From positions 234 to 64,233 of IMG/VR virus record IMGVR_UViG_2862413135_000001: DNA of 64,000 nucleotides; one strand, written 5' to 3'. Every line of letters starts with the position of its first letter. Within the stretch, counting starts at the first letter, position 1. Below, in pieces: positions 1-8,356 of the stretch. Origin of the DNA: a virus (lineage: Duplodnaviria; Caudoviricetes). A model generated the notes under the pieces. The model was not told where the DNA came from, made no database searches, and saw only the letters and a program-made list of their open reading frames with translations. Both the position numbers and the translations under genes were made by a program.

Positions 1-172
1 CCATTGAAAAAGTTGTCAACAGACAACACGCCCACGCCGATCACCGCAAGGTCATCGCCGCATATATCTGACCGGATGTATGCAGTGGGAACGTTTACGT
101 AACCGCAGGTCGAGCCTTGGCCAAACGTTCCTGCCGGTAACCGCTCTCTACCGTGTGCGGCCCGGGGGCCGG

Positions 173-511
173 TCACCCAGCTATGCAGTCGGCGAGCGAG
201 CGGGCCGCGGCGCCGAGGGTGGCGACGTGCAGGGCTGCGGAGCGCAGTCCGAGCCCGGGCCCGCCGCAGAGGGCCGCCTGCGCGCCGAGGAGGGCCTGCT
301 CGCGGACGTTCCAGTCGATGGTGTCGCGCGCCAGGCGGCCCTGCTCGCGGCGGACGCGGTCGGCGAGGTCGGTGATGGCGGCGCGCAGCTCGTCCTCGAG
401 GCGCCGGCAGGCGTCGATGGTGGGCAGCATGCCCGCGGCGGCCTCGGCCTCGTCGATGAGCGCCGCGTAGCGCTGGTGTGCTGGTGCTGTCTGGTCCGTA
501 GGCTGAGTCAT
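173..511 (-). CDS. hypothetical protein (DUF6415-like)
   Basis: ATG at 511, MTQPTDQ...ADCIAG, helical; divergent from small GntR. Confidence 0.55.
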   Translation of the reverse strand: MTQPTDQTAPAHQRYAALIDEAEAAAGMLPTIDACRRLEDELRAAITDLADRVRREQGRLARDTIDWNVREQALLGAQAALCGGPGLGLRSAALHVATLGAAARSLADCIAG

Positions 512-581
512 GCGACGCTCCGCTCGCCGGCCGGCCTCCCCGGCCGTGCGTGGTCGCGGGGCTGCGTTACAGCAGCTTAGA

Positions 582-595
582 CATAGCATGCTATG
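582..595. promoter_or_regulatory. palindromic operator candidate
   Basis: Perfect 14-bp palindrome CATAGCATGCTATG between divergent genes, upstream of GntR. Confidence 0.45.
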
Positions 596-651
596 GCGTG
601 CCACGTATGCGACCGCTCGCGTGGTACGCCCTGGCGTGTCACGTTGACCCG

Positions 652-900
652 GTGATCGAATTCGAGGCTGATGTGCCCAGGTGGAAGCAGGTGGCAGAGG
701 TGATCCGGGATCGGATCGCCGACGGCACGTACCCGCCCCGCACACGTGTGCCCTCGGTCATCCAGTTGGCCACCGAGTTCGGGATCGCGCAGGCGACCGC
801 ACAGAAGGTCCACCGCGGGCTTCGCGAGGAGGGGCTCATCTACACGGAGCCGGGGCTGGGGAGCTTCGTGAAGCAGCCGGCCCGGCCGCCGAGTTCATAG
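652..900 (+). CDS. small GntR-family winged-helix regulator
   Basis: WKQVAEVIRDRIADGTYPPRTRVPSVIQLATEFGIAQATAQK...LREEGLIYTEPGLGSFV. Confidence 0.9.
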   Translation: MIEFEADVPRWKQVAEVIRDRIADGTYPPRTRVPSVIQLATEFGIAQATAQKVHRGLREEGLIYTEPGLGSFVKQPARPPSS

Positions 901-934
901 CCCGGTGTCAGACCCCGGATCTAGACTGATCGGC

Positions 935-1114
935 ATGTCCCCCACTCCCCCGTCGCCGGGTCCGGTGCGGTCTGCTGCGGAGCTGAACGCGGCGATCTGC
1001 GCGCTGTGGTCGCATCCGGCTGCGCGGCTGACGGACGAGCAGCGGGAGGAGTACCGGCGGCTGCTGGCCGAGCTGCGCCAGGTCGAGCAGGGGGATGTGA
1101 CGACGGCGGCGTAA
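935..1114 (+). CDS. hypothetical protein
   Basis: MSPTPPSPGPVRSAAELNAAI...EQREEYRRLL, small ORF directly after GntR. Confidence 0.55.
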   Translation: MSPTPPSPGPVRSAAELNAAICALWSHPAARLTDEQREEYRRLLAELRQVEQGDVTTAA

Positions 1115-1356
1115 CAGCCGTCCGCCCCGCCGGGCGCTGTTCCGGACGGGGCGGTTCTGAGTGGCTGCACGCGCCTACAGACGCGAACAGAATGAGCTCA
1201 GGCTACTGCTCGCCGCTGACAACGCCGGGGCGCGTCGACAGGCGGTACTCGTCGACGGGCGGGGCGTCGTCCAGGTCGCCGAGCACGTCGTCGAAGTCGT
1301 CGTCCGGCTCAGGGGTATCGTCGTTCATCGCGCCAGGATGGCAGACGCTCGCCGCC

Positions 1357-1557
1357 CTACGGCCAGGTCGTCAACGTCTCGCCGGTCTCCTCGTCGTCGA
1401 GGGTGACGCGCGCGCCGGGGAGCTCGCCCCACGATCCGATCCAGACGGAGACCTGCGCGCGGGCGACGACCTCGCTCTCCCACCAGCCGTGCATCATCGG
1501 CCGGCCGCCGGAGGTCAAGGTGAGGTGGTAGCGGGGACCGCTGGCTTGCTCGTTCAC
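1357..1557 (-). CDS. hypothetical protein
   Basis: RYHLTLTSGGRPMMHGWW...ARVTLDDEETGETLTTWP, protein-like composition. Confidence 0.6.
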   Translation of the reverse strand: MNEQASGPRYHLTLTSGGRPMMHGWWESEVVARAQVSVWIGSWGELPGARVTLDDEETGETLTTWP

Positions 1558-1580
1558 CCCACCATCCTAGAATCGAACAC

Positions 1581-1922
1581 ATGCACGACCTTCCGCCGTC
1601 TCGTCTCGACCTGCTCCGCTTCCTCGAACGCGTCCAGCAGGCCGACCTCGACCGCACCCGCCGGTGGATCGCCGACGAGGAACGGAAGGCGGCGGAACGT
1701 CAGCGCGGCGAGCAAGCCCGGCCGCCCGTACCCGACTGGCTTCTGGAACTCGGACTCAACCGGGAGGTGCCGCCCGTGTATGTCCACGAGGGCCACTGCC
1801 ACATGGCGGGCAAGCGGTCGCGCGGGATCAGCCGCACGGACGCGCTGCGGTGGCTCGCCGAAGGTATCCCGGCCTGTACGCACTGCCGGCCCGACAGTGA
1901 ACTCGGCTATCTGGACGGGTAG
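1581..1922 (+). CDS. DUF6233-like Zn-binding protein
   Basis: VHEGHC...ACTHCRPDSELG motif. Confidence 0.75.
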   Translation: MHDLPPSRLDLLRFLERVQQADLDRTRRWIADEERKAAERQRGEQARPPVPDWLLELGLNREVPPVYVHEGHCHMAGKRSRGISRTDALRWLAEGIPACTHCRPDSELGYLDG

Positions 1923-2005
1923 CGAACCACGGAGACAAATCGGCACTATTAAGACTATCCGGGTGGGGGTACTCGCTGTACATCCCCCACAGAACGGAGC
2001 ACGCC

Positions 2006-2287
2006 GTGATCATCAAGAGAATGCACGACATGGGCATCCGCAGCGAGCACGCCTACACGGCCGGCCTGGCGTCCATCGGCCTGTCCGTCTTCACCTGGGC
2101 CACCAGCCTCAAAGCAGAGCCCGGGGCCCACGCAGACCTCGCCCGCGCCGACCGATGGGGCATCTTCGTCGGCGAATGGGCGCCCACCTTCTTCGGCCTC
2201 GGCCTCGCCCTCTCTCACTACGAGCAGCAGGACGGCACCCTCACCGCCAGCGTCCATGAACTCCACGAGCACCAGGCCGCCAGCTGA
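2006..2287 (+). CDS. small membrane protein
   Basis: Two hydrophobic segments; RADRWGIFVGEWAPTFFGLG; RBS GGAG. Confidence 0.75.
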   Translation: MIIKRMHDMGIRSEHAYTAGLASIGLSVFTWATSLKAEPGAHADLARADRWGIFVGEWAPTFFGLGLALSHYEQQDGTLTASVHELHEHQAAS

Positions 2288-2681
2288 GCCGCACTCGTGA
2301 CAACCCGCCTCTGGAACAAGGGGCGGGCTTCCCACGTTCAGGCAGCCGCATGCCTCCCGTGGGGAGCCGGGAGGCGCGGCGGGCCCTGCCGATCGCAGCA
2401 CGGCAGGGCCCAGCCAGGAGGACTCCCACCCGGGGGTGGAGCGGGATCCCGTCGCACCACCATGCACCACAATCCGGCCAGCGGGATAGATCGCGGCCGG
2501 AAGTAGTCGCCGACCGTCGCGAACTCCTGACAGGGCGGGCCGCTTCCGTCTACCGTGTTCGGGCGGCCACCGCAGTTCGCAACCACCTCCGGGTGGAGCC
2601 CTCCGGGGCGCTCGGTGGCCGCACCTGAACCTGGGGAGGCGCGATGAGCGACACGTACTGGGGCTAGACCCTGCACAGCAC

Positions 2682-2711
2682 AACGCCCCCGCAGCCAGCT
2701 GCGGGGGCGTT
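2682..2711. terminator. intrinsic terminator-like hairpin
   Basis: 13-bp stem AACGCCCCCGCAG/CTGCGGGGGCGTT just downstream of resolvase. Confidence 0.65.
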
Positions 2712-2718
2712 CATGTGC

Positions 2719-3333
2719 TCAGGCTCCGTCTTGCTGGAGCACTTGCGCGTCGTGAGCCTGGAGCGCCTGGGAGATGGCGCCGACGCTGGGGTTCTTGCCC
2801 TTGTTCTTGCCCTCGGCGATCCGAAGGTGCGGCTGGATCTGCTTGAGGCTGTATCCCTTGGTGCGCAGGGCGACGGCCTGGACGATCAGGGGTTCGGTCA
2901 TGACAGGGCGGCGTCCACCCACTCGCCCTCGGGCCCGGGCAGATTCGAGGCCGTTCTTGGTCTTCTTGACGATGTCGCGGCGCCGCTCCGAGGCCAGCAC
3001 CAAGGCCAGCTCGAGGAGGAGGTTCATCTCCTTGTGTTCGCCGGCTCCGACGCCCTCGAGCACCTTGACCGCGATGTTGCGCTCGAAGAGTTCAGCGAGG
3101 GTCATCAGGCCGGTGAGGGTGTCGCGGCCGAGGCGGTCGACTTCCTGCACGCACAGCATGTCTCCCTCGCGCAGGTAGTCGAGGGCGGCGCTCAGGCCGG
3201 GGCGCTCGGCGACGGCGAGTTTGCCGGAGACTTTCTCTTCGAAGACCTTGACGCAGATCGGGCCGAGCGCGTCGTGCTGGCGGTCGACGTTCTGTTTGTC
3301 GGTGGATACGCGGACGAGCCCGACCAGCGGCAT
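2719..3333 (-). CDS. serine resolvase/invertase-family recombinase
   Basis: LVRVSTDKQ catalytic Ser motif, KVSG, ERPGL, DRLGR, GRVGGR, C-terminal HTH. Confidence 0.92.
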   Translation of the reverse strand: MPLVGLVRVSTDKQNVDRQHDALGPICVKVFEEKVSGKLAVAERPGLSAALDYLREGDMLCVQEVDRLGRDTLTGLMTLAELFERNIAVKVLEGVGAGEHKEMNLLLELALVLASERRRDIVKKTKNGLESARARGRVGGRRPVMTEPLIVQAVALRTKGYSLKQIQPHLRIAEGKNKGKNPSVGAISQALQAHDAQVLQQDGA

Positions 3334-3343
3334 ACAGCCTCGC

Positions 3344-3473
3344 TTCATCTAAGGGGTGTGGGTGGCTAGTTGAACGCTAGCGGTTGATGAACCCTTTGAT
3401 GAAAGGCTTGGCGGCATCTACGTCTGAACTACGTCTCGCGGTGGGCTGTTTCATCTATCGACCGATTGATGAA
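3344..3473. promoter_or_regulatory. res-like site upstream of resolvase
   Basis: Repeated TTCATC/GATGAA half-sites at 3344, 3386, 3398, 3450, 3468; inverted pair TTCATC-N12-GATGAA at 3450-3473. Confidence 0.55.
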
Positions 3474-3530
3474 CGCTCCATCTGTAGACAGCTCTACAGT
3501 GCATCTGTAGAGTGGTCTACAGATGGAGCG
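3474..3530. promoter_or_regulatory. two tandem palindromic operators CTGTAGA-N4-TCTACAG
   Basis: Sites 3482-3499 and 3505-3522 inside a 57-bp inverted repeat with perfect 16-bp arms. Confidence 0.65.
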
Positions 3531-3555
3531 GAGGGCGCTCCAGGAGGGGACCATC

Positions 3556-3909
3556 ATGCAGCGCTACGAACTCGACGCCTTCCTCGGAGACGACCACGGG
3601 CTCGACGAGGACCAGATCGCCGAACTCCTCGCCAAGGCCGACGACATCGAAGAGCGCTGCGACGCAGACCCCGACGAGATGCGCGAGGAACTCGTCACCG
3701 CCTACCGGCTCATGCGCGAGGAGCCGAATGTCGTCGTGGCCGAACTCGCCGAGCGGCGAATCGAAGCCATCGTCGCCGAGGCCAACGCCCTCGCCGGGCT
3801 TCGCCAGTCCGCCATCGTGCTCATCGGCCGAGGTGACGCCACCGAGGCCGGGTTCGCCCGGCTGGCCGGAGTCGACCGCATGACCGTCCGCAAGTGGCTC
3901 GGCAAGTAA
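3556..3909 (+). CDS. protein with C-terminal HTH
   Basis: RBS AGGAGG; C-terminus TEAGFARLAGVDRMTVRKWLGK. Confidence 0.75.
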   Translation: MQRYELDAFLGDDHGLDEDQIAELLAKADDIEERCDADPDEMREELVTAYRLMREEPNVVVAELAERRIEAIVAEANALAGLRQSAIVLIGRGDATEAGFARLAGVDRMTVRKWLGK

Positions 3910-3930
3910 CGGACCAAAGGGAGAAGCCTC

Positions 3931-4113
3931 ATGGACAGCTCGACTCGCGCAAACGTCAGCCTCTTCGTCCCAGTCATCGTCGGCCTCGGCGTGTTCGCCG
4001 CCATCGTCCTGCCCGGCGAGATGGACGGCGTGCGCTTCGCCATCGCCGCCGCGGCATTCCTCGTCATCGCGCCGGGCGGAGCGTGGATGCTCACGCGGCT
4101 CCTGGAGAAGTGA
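3931..4113 (+). CDS. small two-TM membrane protein
   Basis: 60 aa, two hydrophobic helices, RBS GGGAG. Confidence 0.65.
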   Translation: MDSSTRANVSLFVPVIVGLGVFAAIVLPGEMDGVRFAIAAAAFLVIAPGGAWMLTRLLEK

Positions 4114-4334
4114 CAGCACAGCGAAGCGCCCCCGCTCCCCTGCCGGTTGGCAGAGGTGCAGGGGCGTTGTCAGTCTTCCTCGGCGGGCGGCCAGTCGGGC
4201 GCGAGGAACGGGTTCGTGGCCGGGGCCGGGATCGGCGGTGGCTCCTCGACGCCCATGGCGACGAGGGTGGCGAGGTCGGCCGCCCCGTCCCGGGCGCGCG
4301 GCTCCAACGGCCGCGGATCACGTACAGGCATGGA

Positions 4335-4694
4335 TCACACTCCAGTTCGGTAGTAGTCCTCCACGTCGTCCGGCGTCTGCCGTGGGGTGCCGCCGAGCTC
4401 GAGAACCTGGTCCCGCAGCGTGAGCGCCCACCGCGACAGCGAGTAGAGGACGCCGCGGACGCGCACGATCTCCTGCTTCGTCGCCGTGAGGTCGTCGCGG
4501 AGTTCCTTCTTGATGGCGTCGAATGCGGCCCGGTCCTCGGCCCGCTGGTTGGGCTCCGCCTGGGCCAGCGCCGCCGCCCTCGTCGCCTCCGCAGTCGCCG
4601 CGGCCGCCCGCGTCGTCGCCCGGGCCGCGAACAACCCGGCCACGACGGCGCCCACCGTTCCGAGTACGGCGACGATCCCCGCCCACCAGCTCAT
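4335..4694 (-). CDS. lysis-cassette membrane/coiled-coil protein
   Basis: MSWWAGIVAVLG N-terminal TM followed by coiled coil; overlaps upstream gene. Confidence 0.7.
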   Translation of the reverse strand: MSWWAGIVAVLGTVGAVVAGLFAARATTRAAAATAEATRAAALAQAEPNQRAEDRAAFDAIKKELRDDLTATKQEIVRVRGVLYSLSRWALTLRDQVLELGGTPRQTPDDVEDYYRTGV

Positions 4695-5137
4695 CGCGCC
4701 TTGCCTTTCCGGGCAGGCCGCGGCACGTGGGGGACCGAATGCTCGGGCACCGTCGCCGCCCACATGATGACCCCGACGTGCGAGGTGAGGTAGAAGACCG
4801 CGGCGAACGCGCCGCGGGGGAAGGTGCCCGAGATGGCGGCTGCTACGTAGGCCGTCGCCCAGACGGTGGGGGGAACGAGGGCGACTGCGAAGCCGAAGCC
4901 GTCGCGGCCGACTCGCAGGAATGCCGAACAGGTGGTGGCGAGGCCGGCCAGGATCCATAGCCAGCCCCAGCAGTGCAGTGGGGCGTAGTCGGTGAGGAGC
5001 TCCAGCCCGGGAGGGTCGGGTTGCGGGACGGCGACGAAGCCGACACCCCAGCAGGTCTTGCCGACGCCGAGGATGAGCAGGAAGACGCCGCGGCGGCCCA
5101 GCATCGCACGTAGCCGGCGGGCCGCCCGGCAGGGCAC
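4691..5137 (-). CDS. lysis-cassette multi-TM membrane protein
   Basis: About four TM segments, adjacent to holin. Confidence 0.7.
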   Translation of the reverse strand: MPCRAARRLRAMLGRRGVFLLILGVGKTCWGVGFVAVPQPDPPGLELLTDYAPLHCWGWLWILAGLATTCSAFLRVGRDGFGFAVALVPPTVWATAYVAAAISGTFPRGAFAAVFYLTSHVGVIMWAATVPEHSVPHVPRPARKGKAR

Positions 5138-5518
5138 TCAGACCCCCACGGGCCCGGTCTTGACCGGACTGGACCGCTCGAGTGCGACCTCCGCAACGGG
5201 GGCGGTGACCTGCTGGCGCAGCCACAGGGTGACGAAGGCGCCGATCGCGGCCATGATCTTGGACTGGTCGGCGGCGGACCAGTCGAGGCCGAGGCCGACG
5301 CAGAGCGCCATGACGGCCTGGGCGAACTGGACGATGGCGGCGGCGAGCGCGCCGTTCTTGAGGACGATGGCGGTGACGATGCCGACGGCGGTGGCGGAGA
5401 TGGCGTTGATGGCGGTCTGGGTGCCGTCGGAGATGTCGACGCCGAACGCGGAGAGCGCCTGGAGGAAGGCTGCGATGAAGCCGAGGATGTAGACCGGCTC
5501 TCTGCCGAAGAACTTCAC
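5138..5518 (-). CDS. holin
   Basis: MKFFGREPV, multiple TMs, RQQVT C-terminal motif, directly after endolysin. Confidence 0.75.
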   Translation of the reverse strand: MKFFGREPVYILGFIAAFLQALSAFGVDISDGTQTAINAISATAVGIVTAIVLKNGALAAAIVQFAQAVMALCVGLGLDWSAADQSKIMAAIGAFVTLWLRQQVTAPVAEVALERSSPVKTGPVGV

Positions 5519-5555
5519 GGTGGTCTCTTCTCTGTGAACGGGGACGGGGGCGGAA

Positions 5556-6467
5556 CTACTCGGCGAGCCGGGCGGCGAGCTTGGCGGCGACCTTCTCGGC
5601 GATGGCCTCGGCGAGAGCAGGGGCGGCGGCGACCTTGTCGGCGAGTGCAGCCAGCTGGGCGTCGCTGAGGCTGGCGGCCTCGAGGGCGGCCACCTTCGTG
5701 GCGAGGCTGGCCACGCTGTCGACGGCGGCCTTCGCGTTCTTGTCGGTGTTGACCAAGTAGTTATAGGCGTCCCGGTCGGTCTGGGCGCCCTTGTACGTCC
5801 ACGGCGCGACGGCCAGGCGGTCGTACACCGTCTTGAGCTGGGTGGCCTGCTCGGGGGTCATGTCGTCCTCCTGCTGCTGCGTGGTGAAGGCCGGCCACGA
5901 GCCGGGGTCCTGGTGGTCGTTCTCGGGAACGTGGGCATGGGCGTACCAGCCGGCCTGCTTCTCCCAGACGGTCTCGCTGCGGTGCGAGGTGAAGTCGACC
6001 GGCCGGCCCATCGGCCACGTGTCGGGGACGCCCCATGAGCGCACCCACGCGTTCAGCTCAGGCCAGCCCTTGCACGGGGTGTCGACGAGCCGGGGGTAGA
6101 CCGTCCCGTCGACCGTGCAGTAAGGGAAGAAGAGCGCTTCGACCTGGAGCACCACGCTGCCCGCGCGATTGGTGCGGGTCCCGCCGGGGCTGTCGACCAG
6201 CGACTTACTGCGGCAGTTCGCCGGGACGAACTGGGTGACCCGGCCGGTGAACGGGTTCCACAGCAGGTGCGGGGCGACTGCCTGACCGGCCGAGTTCTTC
6301 CCGAAGTAGCTGGCCAACGTCTCGTAGGAGACGAGCGCGGCTGGCTTCGCGGCGCTGGCGTTGCGATCCCAGGTGATGTGTCCGATCGCCTTGGCGGGAC
6401 CCCCGTCGGTCGGCTGGTGGTCGCCGATGTCCATCCGGGTCGCGCCCGGCATCCACAGCTCAGGCAC
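5556..6467 (-). CDS. endolysin, N-acetylmuramoyl-L-alanine amidase-like
   Basis: GHITWD, PHLLW, QVEAL, HAHVPENDHQDPG amidase-2-type motifs; helical C-terminal domain. Confidence 0.82.
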   Translation of the reverse strand: MPELWMPGATRMDIGDHQPTDGGPAKAIGHITWDRNASAAKPAALVSYETLASYFGKNSAGQAVAPHLLWNPFTGRVTQFVPANCRSKSLVDSPGGTRTNRAGSVVLQVEALFFPYCTVDGTVYPRLVDTPCKGWPELNAWVRSWGVPDTWPMGRPVDFTSHRSETVWEKQAGWYAHAHVPENDHQDPGSWPAFTTQQQEDDMTPEQATQLKTVYDRLAVAPWTYKGAQTDRDAYNYLVNTDKNAKAAVDSVASLATKVAALEAASLSDAQLAALADKVAAAPALAEAIAEKVAAKLAARLAE

Positions 6468-6476
6468 GGGGGCCTC

Positions 6477-7217
6477 CTAGGGGGTCTTGACGATCCAGTT
6501 GTTGGCGCCGGAGGCCGCCCAGTCCATGTCGGTGTGGACGGAGTGGTAGCCGATTGCGTAGGCCTCGGGCGGGGCCCATGACGAGTAGCAGCGGGTGGCG
6601 TTCTTCGCCATGAAGCGAGCCTGTGTGGCGTAGGCGGTCGGGACGACGTACTCGGTCGCGCCCGGGGCGGTGCCGGTCTGCGTTCGGCGCACGACCCAGC
6701 GGGCGTCGGTGACCTGGCCGGCGAGGGCGAGCTGCCGCAGCGCGGTGCCCAGCGCGGAATGGTTGGGGTCCGTGTCGCCCCACCAGGTGGTGTAGTGGCC
6801 GGCGCCTGGCGTCAGGGCCTCGTTCTCCAGGATCAGGGTCTTCGCCTGGTCGACGGTGATGTTCGGGGTGCGGGTGTCGGTGCGGAGGTGGACGCGGTCG
6901 GGTGTGACGCCGAGCTGGCGGGCGGCCTGCACGAGTTCCCGGTCCCGGGCCGCGGCGAAGTCGGCCGGCGACAGCGGCGCGGGTATGCCCTCCCTGGTCG
7001 GGTAGTGGTAGCCGCCCCACCAGCCGTTCGCGTCGAGCCCGTTGAGGGCGTCGCGCATCGCCGACGTGGATCCGTCGGTGCCGAGGACGATGTGCACCTC
7101 GCGGCCGACGAGGGCGTGGTGGGCGATGATCTGCCCGGACCACAGCGTCTCGTCGTCCTGGTGGGGGCTGTACACGTACAGGCGGCGGCCGGTCGGGGCG
7201 GGTACGGGGTCGGTCAC
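6477..7217 (-). CDS. PIG-L/LmbE-family N-deacetylase
   Basis: SPHQDDE, LGTDG, ARDREL..AARQLG, DPNH motifs. Confidence 0.85.
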   Translation of the reverse strand: MTDPVPAPTGRRLYVYSPHQDDETLWSGQIIAHHALVGREVHIVLGTDGSTSAMRDALNGLDANGWWGGYHYPTREGIPAPLSPADFAAARDRELVQAARQLGVTPDRVHLRTDTRTPNITVDQAKTLILENEALTPGAGHYTTWWGDTDPNHSALGTALRQLALAGQVTDARWVVRRTQTGTAPGATEYVVPTAYATQARFMAKNATRCYSSWAPPEAYAIGYHSVHTDMDWAASGANNWIVKTP

Positions 7218-7235
7218 AGATCTCCTCAGGGCATG

Positions 7236-7256
7236 AAAAAAGCCCCGGTCAGGGGC
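7236..7256 (-). terminator. intrinsic terminator
   Basis: Minus strand GCCCC-TGACC-GGGGC followed by TTTTTT after last tail gene. Confidence 0.65.
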
Positions 7257-7277
7257 GTGGGCAGGGAGGCGTCTGGA

Positions 7278-7793
7278 CTACGGCGCGAGGGCGATCCAGT
7301 CGATCTGCACGGTGGACCAGACGGCGGTTGCGCCGGACGCGCTGGACTGGAAGAACGGCACGAACTGGCTCGTCGTCACCGAGGTGGCGCGGGCCGTCCA
7401 CCGGGCGGTGCCGCCGGCCACCGAGTTGATGTTCAGGACGACCCGGGGCGTCGCCGAGAACGCGGTCGGGAAGGTGACCGCCGACCCGGTGTAGGTGTCC
7501 AGGCCGCTGAACGAGACGTTGAACGTGCCGGACTGGGCCTGAGGGGCGACCGGGTCCCACGTCGACCCGTTGTAGCGGTACAGCCGGTCGACGTCCTGCA
7601 GCCAGGTCACCATGCCCTCGACGGGCGCCGATGCGCCGGACAGGGCCGCGGTGCGGGCGGAGGCGGACGCGAACCGCATGACGCTGCGGGAGACGATCGC
7701 GTTGGCGATGTTGCGGGCCAGCGCGCTTGCGTCCGGCGCGTCGGTGAGGGCTGCGATCGACACGCCCTGCCCGTAGTCGTCAGTCGTGGCCAC
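7278..7793 (-). CDS. minor tail/receptor-binding protein with H-type-lectin-like C-terminus
   Basis: MRFASASART...PVEGMVTWLQD; VTFPTAFSATPRVVL...WIALAP. Confidence 0.75.
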   Translation of the reverse strand: MATTDDYGQGVSIAALTDAPDASALARNIANAIVSRSVMRFASASARTAALSGASAPVEGMVTWLQDVDRLYRYNGSTWDPVAPQAQSGTFNVSFSGLDTYTGSAVTFPTAFSATPRVVLNINSVAGGTARWTARATSVTTSQFVPFFQSSASGATAVWSTVQIDWIALAP

Positions 7794-7801
7794 AGGGCCT
7801 C

Positions 7802-8356
7802 CTAGGCTGAGGGGTGGATCGCGAACCAGTTGACGTTGACGGCCGACCAGGTCGCGGTCGCGCCCGCGGTCGAGGAGAAGACGAACGGCACGAAGCCGGT
7901 GGTGGTGACGTTGATGGCGCGGGCCTGCCAGCGCGCCGTGCTCGCGCCGCCGGAGTCGATGTTCACGAAGACGCGCGGCACGGCGGTGAAGGCGACCGGG
8001 AACGTGACCGTCGTCCCGCTGTAGGTGTCGAGGCTGGTGAAGGAGATGGCGGCCGCGCCGTTCTGCATGACCGGGCCGACGCCGGTCGCCGCAGTCCGTC
8101 CCTCGGCGAGCCAGTTCCCGCTGCTCGACTGCGAGATCTTGATGACGTCGTTCACTGCGGGAGCCTGATAGGACTGCAGGCGACGGGCGATGACGCCGTC
8201 CGAGGTGACGATCGTGCCGTCGCTGTTGACGGTGGCGACGGTGGCGAGGCGCCAGTCCGAACCCCGCACTGACGGAGTCCGCTCCCCCGTTCGCCGGGCC
8301 TGGCGCCGCAGTGCCGCCGACAGGTCGCGGTGGACGCCGAACTGGGATTCCGTCAC
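7802..8356 (-). CDS. minor tail protein with H-type-lectin-like C-terminus
   Basis: RLATVATV...RRLQSYQAPAVNDV OB-like N-terminus; VTFPVAFTAVPRVFV...WFAI. Confidence 0.72.
   Translation of the reverse strand: MTESQFGVHRDLSAALRRQARRTGERTPSVRGSDWRLATVATVNSDGTIVTSDGVIARRLQSYQAPAVNDVIKISQSSSGNWLAEGRTAATGVGPVMQNGAAAISFTSLDTYSGTTVTFPVAFTAVPRVFVNIDSGGASTARWQARAINVTTTGFVPFVFSSTAGATATWSAVNVNWFAIHPSA

Noticed and set aside
1-170. attL or tRNA integration site
   Set aside because: AT-richer non-coding stretch, but no match to the right end of the window and no tRNA cloverleaf recognised; attR probably lies beyond 64000.
2290-2680. ORFs in the gap after the membrane-protein gene, including a 7-codon MSDTYWG with an RBS
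   Set aside because: No recognisable motifs or consistent coding signal; cannot be supported.
7278-8075. Diversity-generating retroelement TR/VR pair
   Set aside because: Both copies are coding, differences are not confined to adenines, and no reverse transcriptase is present.
2719-8356. Invertase-driven tail-fibre switching
   Set aside because: Both lectin-domain genes are co-oriented with own starts and no inverted crossover sites were seen around them; the resolvase is separated from them by the lysis cassette.
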